Source: Camelus ferus (lineage: Eukaryota). From it: DNA of 64,000 nt. This document shows, in pieces, positions 53,447-64,000 of this stretch. How positions within the stretch are numbered: position 1 is the stretch's first letter; each line of letters starts with the position of its first letter. The notes beneath the pieces are model-generated. The model was not told where the DNA came from, ran no database searches, and saw nothing but the letters and a program-made list of their open reading frames with translations. The DNA lies in contig NC_045697.1 in NCBI RefSeq assembly GCF_009834535.1, forward strand, positions 26,724,001-26,788,000, written 5' to 3'. A program made the translations under genes and the position numbers.

Positions 53447-54062
53447 TCTTTTTTCCTTTCTTTATTGAAATATAACTGACACACAACATTGGGTAAATTT
53501 AAGGTGTGCAATGTGTTGATTTGATACATTTATGTATTGCAGTATAATTTCCACCATGGCATTAACTAACACCTCTTCTACATCGCATAATTCTAACTTG
53601 TTTTGGTGGTGAAAACAATTAAGATCTTGTCTCTTAGCAACTTTGAAGTTTATAATACAATATTGTTGACTAGATCACTATGTTGTGTATTAGATCTCCA
53701 TAACCTGTTTATCTACTATCTGCAAGTTTTTACCCTTAAGCAATATCTCCCCAGTTCCCTGACTCCTGGCCCCTGGTAACCACCATTCTACTGTTTCTTT
53801 GAGTTTGACTTTTTTAGATTCCACATGTAGGTGAGATCATACAGTATTTATCTTTCTCTGTCTGCCATCTCAGCATAATGCACATAACGTCCATCCATGT
53901 TGTCCCAAATGTCAGATTTCCTTCTTTCTCATGGGTGAATAATATTTCATTGTATATATACACCACATCTTCTTTATCCATTCATCCACTGATGGACACT
54001 TAACATTGTTTCCCTATCTTAGCTGTTGTGAATAATGCTGTAGTAAGCATGGGAATGCATAC
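53447..54062 (-). mobile_element. L1 3' fragment (L1MA/MB-like)
   Basis: T-rich tail, tttattgaaatataactgac, ccctggtaaccaccattcta, ttagattccacatgtaggtgagatcatacagtatt. Confidence 0.9.
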
Positions 54063-54404
54063 ATTCAAATTATTTTTCAAGAGCTAATAGCTCACAAACC
54101 CAAATTTCAAATACAGTGTAAGGATAACATTTTATATAGTAATAAAATTTGTGTTACAGCAAAATACATGCATATCTTTAATTTTTATAGCTCAGTATGC
54201 ATCTGTTGCCCTAGACTTGGGGACAGTATCACAGAATCATAGATGTTCCCAAAAATATTAGCAGGAGGATTGAGCCCACCCACCAAATCATTAATTCAAG
54301 TCTTTATAAGCTGATTCATTAATGCTTCTGAGCCTTCAGACATACACCGTCTAATTTCCATGTAATCCCAAAGCCTGATCAGGTCATGGAATGAGGATAC
54401 CTGT

Positions 54405-54730
54405 TCACTCATTCCACAGATATTTACTGAAACCATACTCTGGAATAAGCAACTTACTATCTATGATTATGATAACTGAGGCATCAGCCTTACCTTCCAG
54501 GAACTCATGACCTGGAAACAAATCTAGGCTGATCAGATAAGTATCTACAGTGCAATAGGATGAAACAATGACAGTGATACTTACAAAGTATAATTTACCT
54601 CTGAGGAGGAAATACTCAGAGTAAGGAGTGCAGAGAGGATGATATCTGAAGTGGGTACTGAAGGACTGAGTGGAAGCTTGCCGGAAAAAAAGGATTGGGA
54701 CAGAGATGCTTCCAAATAGAGGAAAGAAAT
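54405..54730 (-). mobile_element. L2 3' fragment
   Basis: ttcactcattcc...atatttactga start. Explains the 146-aa minus ORF as a chance ORF. Confidence 0.6.
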
Positions 54731-56504
54731 GCCCATAGTATTTATTCCCAGAACTGCAGAGTCTGAAGATTCTCCAAACTTCATATGTTTCATTAACCCT
54801 CACTTTATACATTTTAAAAAATATTGTAGCAATATCATGAGACAATTACATATACCTGTCATGATAGAATTTTTCCCCAATAAATTACACAATGGGGAAA
54901 TAAAAGCGATAACTGGAGTGTAATAAAAGATTCAACCTTCATTTGTAAGACATACTGAGTTTAAAAGTCTACCTTCTCAACCCTGCAGCTATGATTAGGC
55001 AAGCCAAATATGCTATTTCTTTTGAATATGATCCCATAAAATATAATTAAAAATTACAGAATTTTCTACAGGGGCCAAAGAAAGCTTTTGTGAGATCCTG
55101 TGATACTGTTGAAAACAGTGAGATATAGTGGGTTTTATGTACCTCAATTTAAAAGGATCCCTCAAGCAACTGAATCCATACGTCATACCACCCTGTATAC
55201 TAGACACTGGGATTCTCCCAGGGTGGAGAGGACTCCTGCAAAATAGGACTTATCAAATCTTCTAGTTAATCCAATTAAATCATGAGTAGATAAAAATGGG
55301 CCTTTTTCCCACTGCAACTATATACATTTTATTCATTAGCACCAAGTGTGACTGTCTTGGCTTCAGGCCCCTTAGGTGAAGGAAGTTCTGAGTAAGTATC
55401 TAGTGAGCTCCATGGAAACATAAACCATGTTCTCTTTGCCTTTGTACTCTTCTGTAACTAATGTAGTGCATGTACCAGCTGCATCGTAAAAACTGATTGG
55501 CTAGTTGGTTGAATGAGTTCATAAATGAGAAAAGAAGCTGTGGAGTTTAAGATACAGAAGCAGAATGTCATTTATTCTAATGATTTGTATTGTTGCAAAA
55601 TCCTATAGAAGTAATTCATAAACAAAGGAAATGTAGGTCTATGTAACAACAACCACACTTATGAAGTGCCAGCAGACATTGTTTAAGTGCTTTGCATATA
55701 CTAACTCATCTAGTCTTCCAAACACCCACATGGGAATATCCTTAGTGCTGACTGGGGTTAATCGACCCAAATCACGTGTCTGAGAACAAGGGAACTTTGA
55801 ATTCCCCAAAGGGAAATTAGAGCTTTGAGTAATAGATGATTGGATGGAAGCCAGAAGTGCCACACACACAGAATGAGTAACATCCCCAAGACTGAGCCCA
55901 CATCTTCCGTCTCAGACTAATGAGCCCTCACTACACCCTGCAGTCCACCTCCCAGTACAGAAACATATATCTTGAGTCACTAATACACTCATGTTTTCTC
56001 ATTAATACAATAAATATTTCATTCATTCAGCTAATGTTCACTGAGCAGGATTATTATTTCTTTCTTTACATGGATGTTGAAGCTATGTCTCAAAGACATT
56101 TCTTACTAAGAGACTTTTAGAAGAAACTCTTCAGTTTGCTGGAAGCTCATCTTTTCTCCATGCAATACTTTGAAGTGATCCACTTTCAGCTCAGAGGCAG
56201 GTAGGACATTCATTTACAAATGTGGGATTGATATTTGTGAAAGTTACTGTTAGGGAAAGACCACTGCAACTGGGGATTCATCATCAGTTCATAGATTAGT
56301 TTACATTCAGCATAGGGGTAAGAACTTCCCACAGGCTACCCCAAAATGCTGCAGCTGCACAGACTTCCTCTTAGCATTTCATAAAAAGCAGCTCTTCCTA
56401 TGAAGCCCTGTGTGCTCTTTCAACTTACCACACCATCTGTAGAGGAGGGAACAAGCTTCAAGCCATGAGCACAAAGAAGTGGTCCAATGCCCTCTCCACT
56501 TCTT

Positions 56505-57285
56505 TTTTTAATTGAAATTAGTTGATGTAAATGTCATGTTAGTTTCAGATGAAACACATAATGATTTGACTTTTACACACATTATGAAATGATCACCATG
56601 ATAAGAGCCTAATAGCCACCTGCCCCACACAAAATTATTACAGTATCATTGAGCATATTCCGTATGCTGTATATTACTTCCCTGTGGTTTATTTTAAAAA
56701 GTGTTGGCGAGAATGTGGAAGAATGTGGAAGAAGAGAATCCTCATGCACTGCTGGTAGGATTGTAACTTGGTGCAGCCACTATGAAAAATAGTATGGAGG
56801 TTCCTTACAAACTTAAAAATAGAACCACTATACAATTCAGCAATTCTACTTCTGGGTTTTTACCCAAAGAAAACAGAAACACTAATCTGAAAAGATATAT
56901 GCACCCCAATGTTCACTGCAGCATTATTTCCAATAACCAAGGTATGGAAGCAACTCAAGCACCCATCAATAGATAAAGAAAGAAAGAAGATGTGGTGTTT
57001 GTATATATAATGGAATATTACTCTGCCATAAAAACTGAAATCTTACCATTTGTGACAGTATGGCTGTGTCTTCAGGGTATTATACTACATGATATATAAG
57101 TCAGACAGAGAAAGATAAATACCGTATGACCTCACGTGTATGTGGAATCTAAAAAAAATAAACAAATAAACAAAACAAAATGAAAACAGACTCAGATACA
57201 AAGAACAAATGGATGGTTACCAGAAAGGGGATGGTGGAAAGGTGGGCACATTAGGTGAAGGGGATTGAGAGGTACAAACTTGCAG
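56505..57285 (-). mobile_element. 5'-inverted L1 (3' end on minus strand 56505-~56696; inverted segment on plus strand ~56697-57285)
   Basis: The two segments are contiguous in the L1 3' UTR (aaacttgcagt | taaaataaac). Degenerate TSD tctccacttctt (56493-56504) / tctcctcttcct (57286-57297). Confidence 0.85.
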
Positions 57286-58514
57286 TCTCCTCTTCCTTAT
57301 ACACCTTTTAAAATTCTATTTTTACATAAAGAAAAGTGAAGCAGGACAAGGATAAATGAAAATGGAATAAACTGCCTGTTAAAGAAATCTCACTGTTTTC
57401 TTCTACTTTTAGAACTTTTATTCATCACATATCTAACATGTGACAGGCCCTGTTATGCACAGGTGAACAAAATACACAAATTTCTGCCCCTGTGAAACCT
57501 GTGTTCTAGTGGATTTTGTATTCCGGTAATATTCAAAGAACACTGGCTGGAGCGCAGAAAATAATTGAAATGCTTTTTTAAGTCTTTTGTCAAACTCATA
57601 TTGTCAACTGTGAGTCTCAGTCTCAAAATGTCAAACAGGACTCTCTCCACCCACACATGTACCACCACCAGCACCATAATAGTATTCTAAGAGAACAGAA
57701 ACAGTGCATCATAAATGCTGATGTAAAGATGTGACTTGAATGTCAGGAATTTCAAACTTAGGTGAAGGGAACATTGGGAAGGAGTGGGCTTTTCGGTCAA
57801 CACTATGCCAACCCAAGAATTAGGTTAAATAGTCCAAAGTCAGCAAGTCAGATTCCAGGTATTTTAGAAGAGAAAGAGATGGAGTCAGAGACCCCAACAG
57901 AGAGATGTCACACCAATGAAGGAAAACTGACTGCTAAATTACATCATGTAGAAATAACATTTGGTAAATTAGATTTTAGGGAAGGTTTGGCTCACTGTCT
58001 GTTAATGCTCCCTGACAGCCTCTGTCTAGACATGGAGAGCTGGTCAATTGTCCAGACCCTGTCAGAATCTTATTCTTATTCTGAACAGATGCCTCATATG
58101 TGGGGTAATTTAGCATTATCAATGAAGGAATTAACCAATGACTAATGGAATTTGTAAAGAGCCCAGGAGTGCTCACCTATAACACCTAAAAACAAGACCT
58201 CAGGTTGGGGTATGGGTTTGCTAATAACCACATGTTATTAATCACAAAAGGACACATTTCTCTGATTTTAGACCTGGAAGAGAAGAAGCTCTTTGATTTC
58301 TGTGAAACCGTAGGGTAAAGTCTCCTGTGAGTCATTAAGCACAGGCTCAAAGTAACAGCAGCAATTCAGCAGTGCAGTATCGGTGAGATGTTATCATCAT
58401 TTGAAAAGAGTGAATATGCAGCACAGTGTATTCAGGTGCAGTAAGCCCAAATAAATAGAAGTTGTAGGTGTTCTTTTCCAACAAGTTTCAGAAAGTAAGC
58501 AGGAGAAGAAATCT

Positions 58515-58730
58515 AACAGTTACTAAGTAACTCCCATCTGACAGGTACCTTACTTACCACATTTAATCTGTAGAGAAATCCTGAGATAGATAGTATTATA
58601 CCCATTTTATAGATAAGAAAACTGAGACTTAGAGAAATAACGTCATTGAGTAACTTGTTCTTGGTCACACATTCAAAAAGGTAGTGAAGCCAAGATATGA
58701 AACCAAGTCTTAGCTCTCCAGGTGCTTATA
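58515..58730 (-). mobile_element. MIR SINE
   Basis: cccattttatagataagaaaactgagacttagaga...aacttgttcttggtcacac. Confidence 0.85.
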
Positions 58731-59088
58731 CTTACACATAAAACTGCTTGGCACCATGAGGGTTCCCAGTGGGTGGCAGCTCTAATCCCTACTTTGATGG
58801 ATTTATAGTTCTATTAAGGAGATGAAACACATAAATACAGAAGCTAAAGAACAAAATAATAGAACACATCAGCAAAAAGGTGCAATAATGCTTTACGCAT
58901 ATAGGCTTTCTAGTTTCCAAGATGCATCCATTTATGTTGCTTTTTGTAATTATTAAAAAGCTCCTGACACATATATTTCAAGCAAGAAGTATTCCCATGT
59001 CTTCATTTAGGATTTGGTATTTGAAAGAAATTGGAAGTACTTCTGACACCTTGAAAATTTTTATCTTTACTGAAATATATTTTATGGA

Positions 59089-59200
59089 GGGGAGGGGATA
59101 GCTCAGTGGTAGAGTGCATGTTCAGCATGCATGAGGTCCTAAGTTCAATTCTCCAGTACTTCCATTAAAATAAAGAAAAACCTAATTATCCCCCCAAAAC
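59089..59200 (+). mobile_element. tRNA(Ala)-derived SINE, camelid vic-1-like
   Basis: ggggaggggatagctcagtggtagagtgcatgttcagcatgcatgaggtcctaagttcaattc, with A box tagctcagtgg and degenerate B box gttcaattc, then an A-rich tail and cctaattatcccccc. Confidence 0.85.
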
Positions 59201-60065
59201 AATATATATATAGTACATCCTAAAAATACTGGCCTAGACTTTTAGTTTCCACATAAGTTCAGGAGCCAGAGCACCCAGGAGCCATAGAGCTCTTTGAGGA
59301 GGGCGATGAAATACTGTTCTATGATTCCAAAATATCAAAAGCAAAATGGTGTGCTACATTGGATATCATATTATGCTAGTATAAATGAGTGACAGCCAGT
59401 GCCGCAGGTTTAAGGAGATTGTGTCAGGGGTGAGGGATGATGGAAGCAGTGAACATATGTAACATTGACAGTGGATCTTCCAGCGCTTTGGGCTGACATT
59501 TCTGCAAACTGTGTAAAAGCTTCTTTCTCAATAACAAGATCATCTGAATTCACTTCATGGATCTCCCAAGGGGAGCCCTGAGGATGCAAGGTGGTGGCTC
59601 AGGAATTCTGACCCATAAACCCCCAGATGAGTGATACTTATTCATTTGTGAGCCTGTTGCAACACAGTGCATATTCAACGTGATCAGTGACCCCTTTAGG
59701 GTCAAACTCTCATCTGAAGAAGTGGAGTCAATGTATATTGAATGATGATTATCTATAGATTCAATACCAGGTATTAACCTTACATATACAAAATGCTGAA
59801 GGACATACTGTTATCTTCATTTTTAGACAAAGAAAGTGATATCTCCAGAGACTGAAGCCACACATGGTCAGTAAATAATAAAACCGCTTTACATGATGAT
59901 ACTGGTTTTGCTGATCTCAGAGAATTATATTAAGGATCAAATGAGGTAACAGAAAAAAAAGGGTCTTTGAAAATTTTAAACTTTCACCTAAGTTTACTGT
60001 ATTATCATTGTAATCATAATGGTCATCAACATCACCATCAACTGTTGTCAATAATGGGTCACTTT

Positions 60066-61208
60066 AAAAAAATTTTTTTTGTTGAAGTTTAGTCAGTTAC
60101 ATTTGTCAGTTTCTGGTGTATAGCATAATGTCCCAGTCATGCATATATATATACATATATTTGTTTTCATATTCTTTTTCATTAAAGGTTATTACAAGAT
60201 ATTGAATACAGTTCCCTGTGCTATACCGAAGGAATTTGTTTTTTACCTATTTTTATTTATACTGGTTAACCTTTGCATTTATCCCTTCCTACCCCCTTCC
60301 CCCTGGTAACCATAAAATTGTTTACTATGTCTGTGAGTCTGTTTCTGTTTTGTAGATGAGTTCATAGTGTCCTCTTTTTTCTTTTTAGATTCTACATATA
60401 AGTGATATCATATGGTATTTTTCTTTCTCTTTCCAGCTTACTTCACTTAGAATGACATTCTCTAGGGACATTCATGTTGCTGCAAATGGCATTATCTTAT
60501 TCTTTTTTATTGCTGAGTAGGTATTCCATCATATAAATACACCACAACTTCTTTATCCAATCATCTGTTGATGGACATTAAGGTTGCTTCCATGTCTTGG
60601 CTCTTGTACATAGTGCTGCTATAAACATTGAGGTGCACGTATCTTTTTGAATTAGAGTTCCCTCTGGATATATGCCCAGGAATGGGATTGCTGAATCATA
60701 TAGTAAGTTTATCTTTAGTTTTTTGAGTAATCTCCATACTGTTTTCCACAGTGGATGCACTAAACTACATTCCCACCAGCAGTATAGAAGGGTTCCCTTT
60801 TATCCACACCCTCTCCAGCATTTATCGTTTGTGGACTTTTGCATGATGGCCATTCTGACTGGTGTGAGGTGATATCTCATTGTAGTTTTCACTTTCATTT
60901 CTCTGATAATTAGTGATATTGAGCATTTTTTCATGTGCCTATTGGCCATTTATATGTCTTCATTGGAGAATTGCTTGTTTAGGTCTTCTGCCCATTTTTG
61001 GATTTGAATTTTTTTTTTCTTTAGGTTGCTGTTTTGTTTTACTTATGGTTTCCTTTGCTGTGCAAAAGCTTATAAGTTTAACTAGGTCCTATTCATTTAT
61101 TTTAGCTTTTATTTCTAATGCCTGGGTAGACTGCCCTAGAAGAACATTTTTGAGATGTATGTGAGATAATGTTTTGCCTATGTTGTCCTATATTTAAGTC
61201 TTTAAGCC
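60066..61208 (-). mobile_element. 5'-truncated L1 with perfect 12-bp TSD
   Basis: TSD atgggtcacttt at 60054-60065 and 61209-61220. ORF2 peptide [20 protein letters not shown]. Same subfamily as 41844-42851. Confidence 0.95.
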
Positions 61209-61714
61209 ATGGGTCACTTTTTTAAAGAGCCATTAGTGAAATCTGTCATTTGATAACAAATATTAACATCAAAATTATTTTACTTGACTTGCAGATAATT
61301 TTCATCAAGACAGTTTTTATGATAAAAAGCATATCTCATCAAAGACCGAACAATATGATTTCATTTAGCTGAAAAAGAGAAAAATAAATTAAAACCCAAT
61401 AAATATTCAATGATTATATCAGTTGAATTATAGAAGCAGTCTAACAAGAAAACAATAGTGAGAAACAGAGGAAGAAATACCATGCTTAACCCAACCACAC
61501 TAAGACAATCATTCTCAACAGTTTAGCATAAGCTCTTTCAGGTTTTATAATATTCATGTTTTACATAACTATATTCAGAGTACATATAAACATAGATCCT
61601 GTTTTTAATTCATAAACATATCATACTCATTTTAAGGGGTTGTTACATGATCCTTATAACTTGTATTTATAACTTTTCTCCCAAATTTCTTTATGCTCTT
61701 CTTGCTCTGCCCAA

Positions 61715-62290
61715 CCCTTAAATGTTGTTACTTGTCAGAGATCTGCCTTGGCCTTCCTCTCTTTTTCCTGAGCATATTAGTGCTCCCTAAGCCATCTTAC
61801 CTATACCCATTACTTCAGGTACTCCGTCTTACATATACCCATTACTTCAGGTACTCCGTCTTACCTATACCCATTACTTCAGGTACTCCGTCTTACATAT
61901 ACCCATTACTTCAGGTACTCCGTCTTACCTATACCCATTACTTCAGGTACTCCCAGTACAGCTTTGACCTCCACATTTGTATCTCCAGACCCAACTGTCT
62001 ACCTCACAAACCCAGACATCATTCTTGAGTCCTTCCTCCTTCACATCCTTCACAGTCAGATTCAATGGGTTCTGCTTCTTAGTGGGTGATGAATAACCAC
62101 CTTAGCCCCTCTTGCTCTGCCCTCTTCTCTGTCCCCACAGCCATCTGCTTGCACTTCCTTCATCTGGACAGCTGCAGTTGCCTCCTTACCAGCCTTCTTG
62201 CCTTGCCTCTGTTCTCATCCCTTCCAACAGCTCCAGGTGATCTCATTATCAACATGCTGTAACTTCCCTGTCCAAAGTTCCCTGTTCATC
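61715..62290 (+). mobile_element. L2 fragment hosting a minisatellite
   Basis: tgctccctaag...cccat...tgacctccacatttgtatctccagaccc and catctggacagctgcagttgcctcctta. Confidence 0.65.
61795..61953. repeat. 32-bp minisatellite, about 5 copies
   Basis: Unit tcttac(c/a)tatacccattacttcaggtactccg starting at 61795, 61827, 61859, 61891 and 61923. Confidence 0.97.
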
Positions 62291-62489
62291 AGCAGACCAA
62301 TAAACAATTACAGACCAGGAGTTATAATAAAGTCACGCAGAGGAGGTCCAGAGAGGGGTACCTAACCAAGACTGAGATGAGGGGTCAAACAGGTGAAAGA
62401 GTTGATGGCAACTGTGAATAAAAAGTCAGAAAGAGGGAAAGCAAGGAATTCTTCACAGAGGAAGCTATGGGGATAGACTCTAGGATCTA

Positions 62490-62710
62490 ACATGTATTGA
62501 GGGCTTGACTCTGTGCCAGACATTTTACCTATAATTACCTATTAAGTCTTCACAACAACCATTTGACGTAGGTATTACTATTAACCCTATCTTATAGATA
62601 AGGAACCCCAGAAACAGGATAGCAAAGACTATGCCTTCAGTCACGCAGCTAGAGAATGGAAGAGCCAGGCATTCTAATCCCTGGGACCATGCGCTCAGGT
62701 GTTACGCAAA
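62490..62710 (-). mobile_element. MIR SINE
   Basis: tattgagggcttgactctgtgccagac...cttcacaacaacc...gtaggtattactatt...tagataaggaa. Confidence 0.8.
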
Positions 62711-64000
62711 ACTGTCTCTTTTGAGGTGGAGGGGCTGTGGGGTAGGGAGAGAGAGAAAAAGAGAGATAGAAGTTAAAGATTGACAGAAACATGACTTTAG
62801 GTGTCCTGGTTAGGTAGCTATGAGTCTCAGAGTCAGGAATCCTGGGTTATTATCCTACACTATTGCGTTAACTTTGAAATTGTGGTTAATATTTGCGCCT
62901 CAACTTCAGCATCTGAAAGATTGAGTTATTGGCATTTCCTCTTCTAGATTCTCGCCTGTCAAAAATCATTTTATACCTTTAGAGTATTACTAAAATTAAG
63001 TGTCATCAGATCTACTAGTATGGGTATCAAGGGATGAAAGAAACTCATCATCTTTACAAATATTTCAAATATTGTTCTATCTCAAAATAGGTGGAGGAAG
63101 CTTAGTTCCCAGAGCTCTTGAGCTCTGCAAGTCTTAGAATCTAATGCAATGTCATCCAGGTGTGGAGTCTGCTGTCCTTCCCCCAGCTTTTAGACCTACT
63201 GGAGAACTTTCCAAAGCTTTTGAACCTCATTGTCAAATACTCTATCCATTTTAAAAAGGAAGCACCTTTGGAGAGTATTGTACAGATTCCTAAAAGCAAG
63301 AACACACATCTCCAAGAAGTGACCTTTCTAACTGGCATCTTGGCTTGACACTTTAGTTCTTCCAGTTTGAGGCTTGGGTCTGGACCTTACTGAAAACAAA
63401 AACACTGCCCATGAATTATTCTGGGGATGAAATATAGATGACCTCTGCATCCAAGGGCAACCGTTTAATCTAGTTTGTCTCCTGAGCATGAATCTTGCTT
63501 TGTTTAACGGAAAGAAAATTTTGTTGGGGAACTTTGTGTCTGTGAAAAATTAATCAAAAGGTGTAAGGATTTTCTTTCCTTCTTTAGGAAGGTATCTTTT
63601 AACTAAATTGACACTTAGCTGCCTACACGGTTTCTACAGTAATCCCTTATTAACAGAGGTCTCTTAAATCCAAAAAATAAAAAGCCTAGACAATCAGCCA
63701 TAGGAAGCATTGAAAATTCTCATAATATATGTAAAGCCATACTTTTTCTTGTTTCCTTGCCCCAGTAATTTAAAATTGCTGCTCAGTAACTCAGTTCTTC
63801 TCCTGCTAAACATATTTGCTGGAAAGAACTTCAATATATGCTGTGGCTCAGAATAATATGTCAGCATTTGAGAAGAAGGAAATTAAAGGTTTGTCCATTT
63901 CTCCTCCCATTTTGGTAATCCATGTGTAGATATATGGAATGTTACTATAACCCATCCCTGTATCCATTTCGACTTTTGTTTTCCATTGATGGCTGTATAC

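Noticed and set aside
54405..54845. 146-aa minus-strand ORF
   Set aside because: Overlaps a degenerate L2 fragment and has no protein-like motif.
58272..58314. Possible 43-nt exon (ttttag|ACCTGG...TAGG|gtaaag)
   Set aside because: Weaker splice signals, not a multiple of 3, and it gives a stop if joined in phase to the 52138 exon.
59089..59161. Functional tRNA-Ala gene
   Set aside because: B box and stems are degenerate, and it continues into a SINE-type A-rich tail without a poly-T terminator.
61795..61953. CRISPR-like array (32-bp repeats)
   Set aside because: Units are head-to-tail with no unique spacers, there are no cas genes, and the context is mammalian. It is a minisatellite.

Overview
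This is mammalian, AT-rich, CpG-poor intronic or intergenic DNA, most likely camelid (camel/alpaca/llama), judging from a vic-1-like tRNA-derived SINE at about 59.1 kb and the L1 3' UTR types. The window is dominated by interspersed repeats: L1 copies of several ages (many with readable target-site duplications, two with twin-priming 5' inversions), three decayed ERVL internal fragments, MaLR/ERVL solo LTRs, L2, MIR and hAT MER elements. It also holds a GATA/GACA microsatellite and a 32-bp minisatellite. I can support no complete protein-coding gene. The longer ORFs are L1 ORF2 or ERVL pol remnants, or chance ORFs. The best host-gene signal is one 54-nt frame-preserving candidate exon (52138-52191, +), plus several repeat-free islands that may be conserved enhancers. 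I found no evidence of a new biological system. The notable content is retrotransposition mechanics (inversions, possible 3' transductions, nesting). Repeat family names are from recalled consensus sequences, not database searches, and boundaries without TSDs are approximate.
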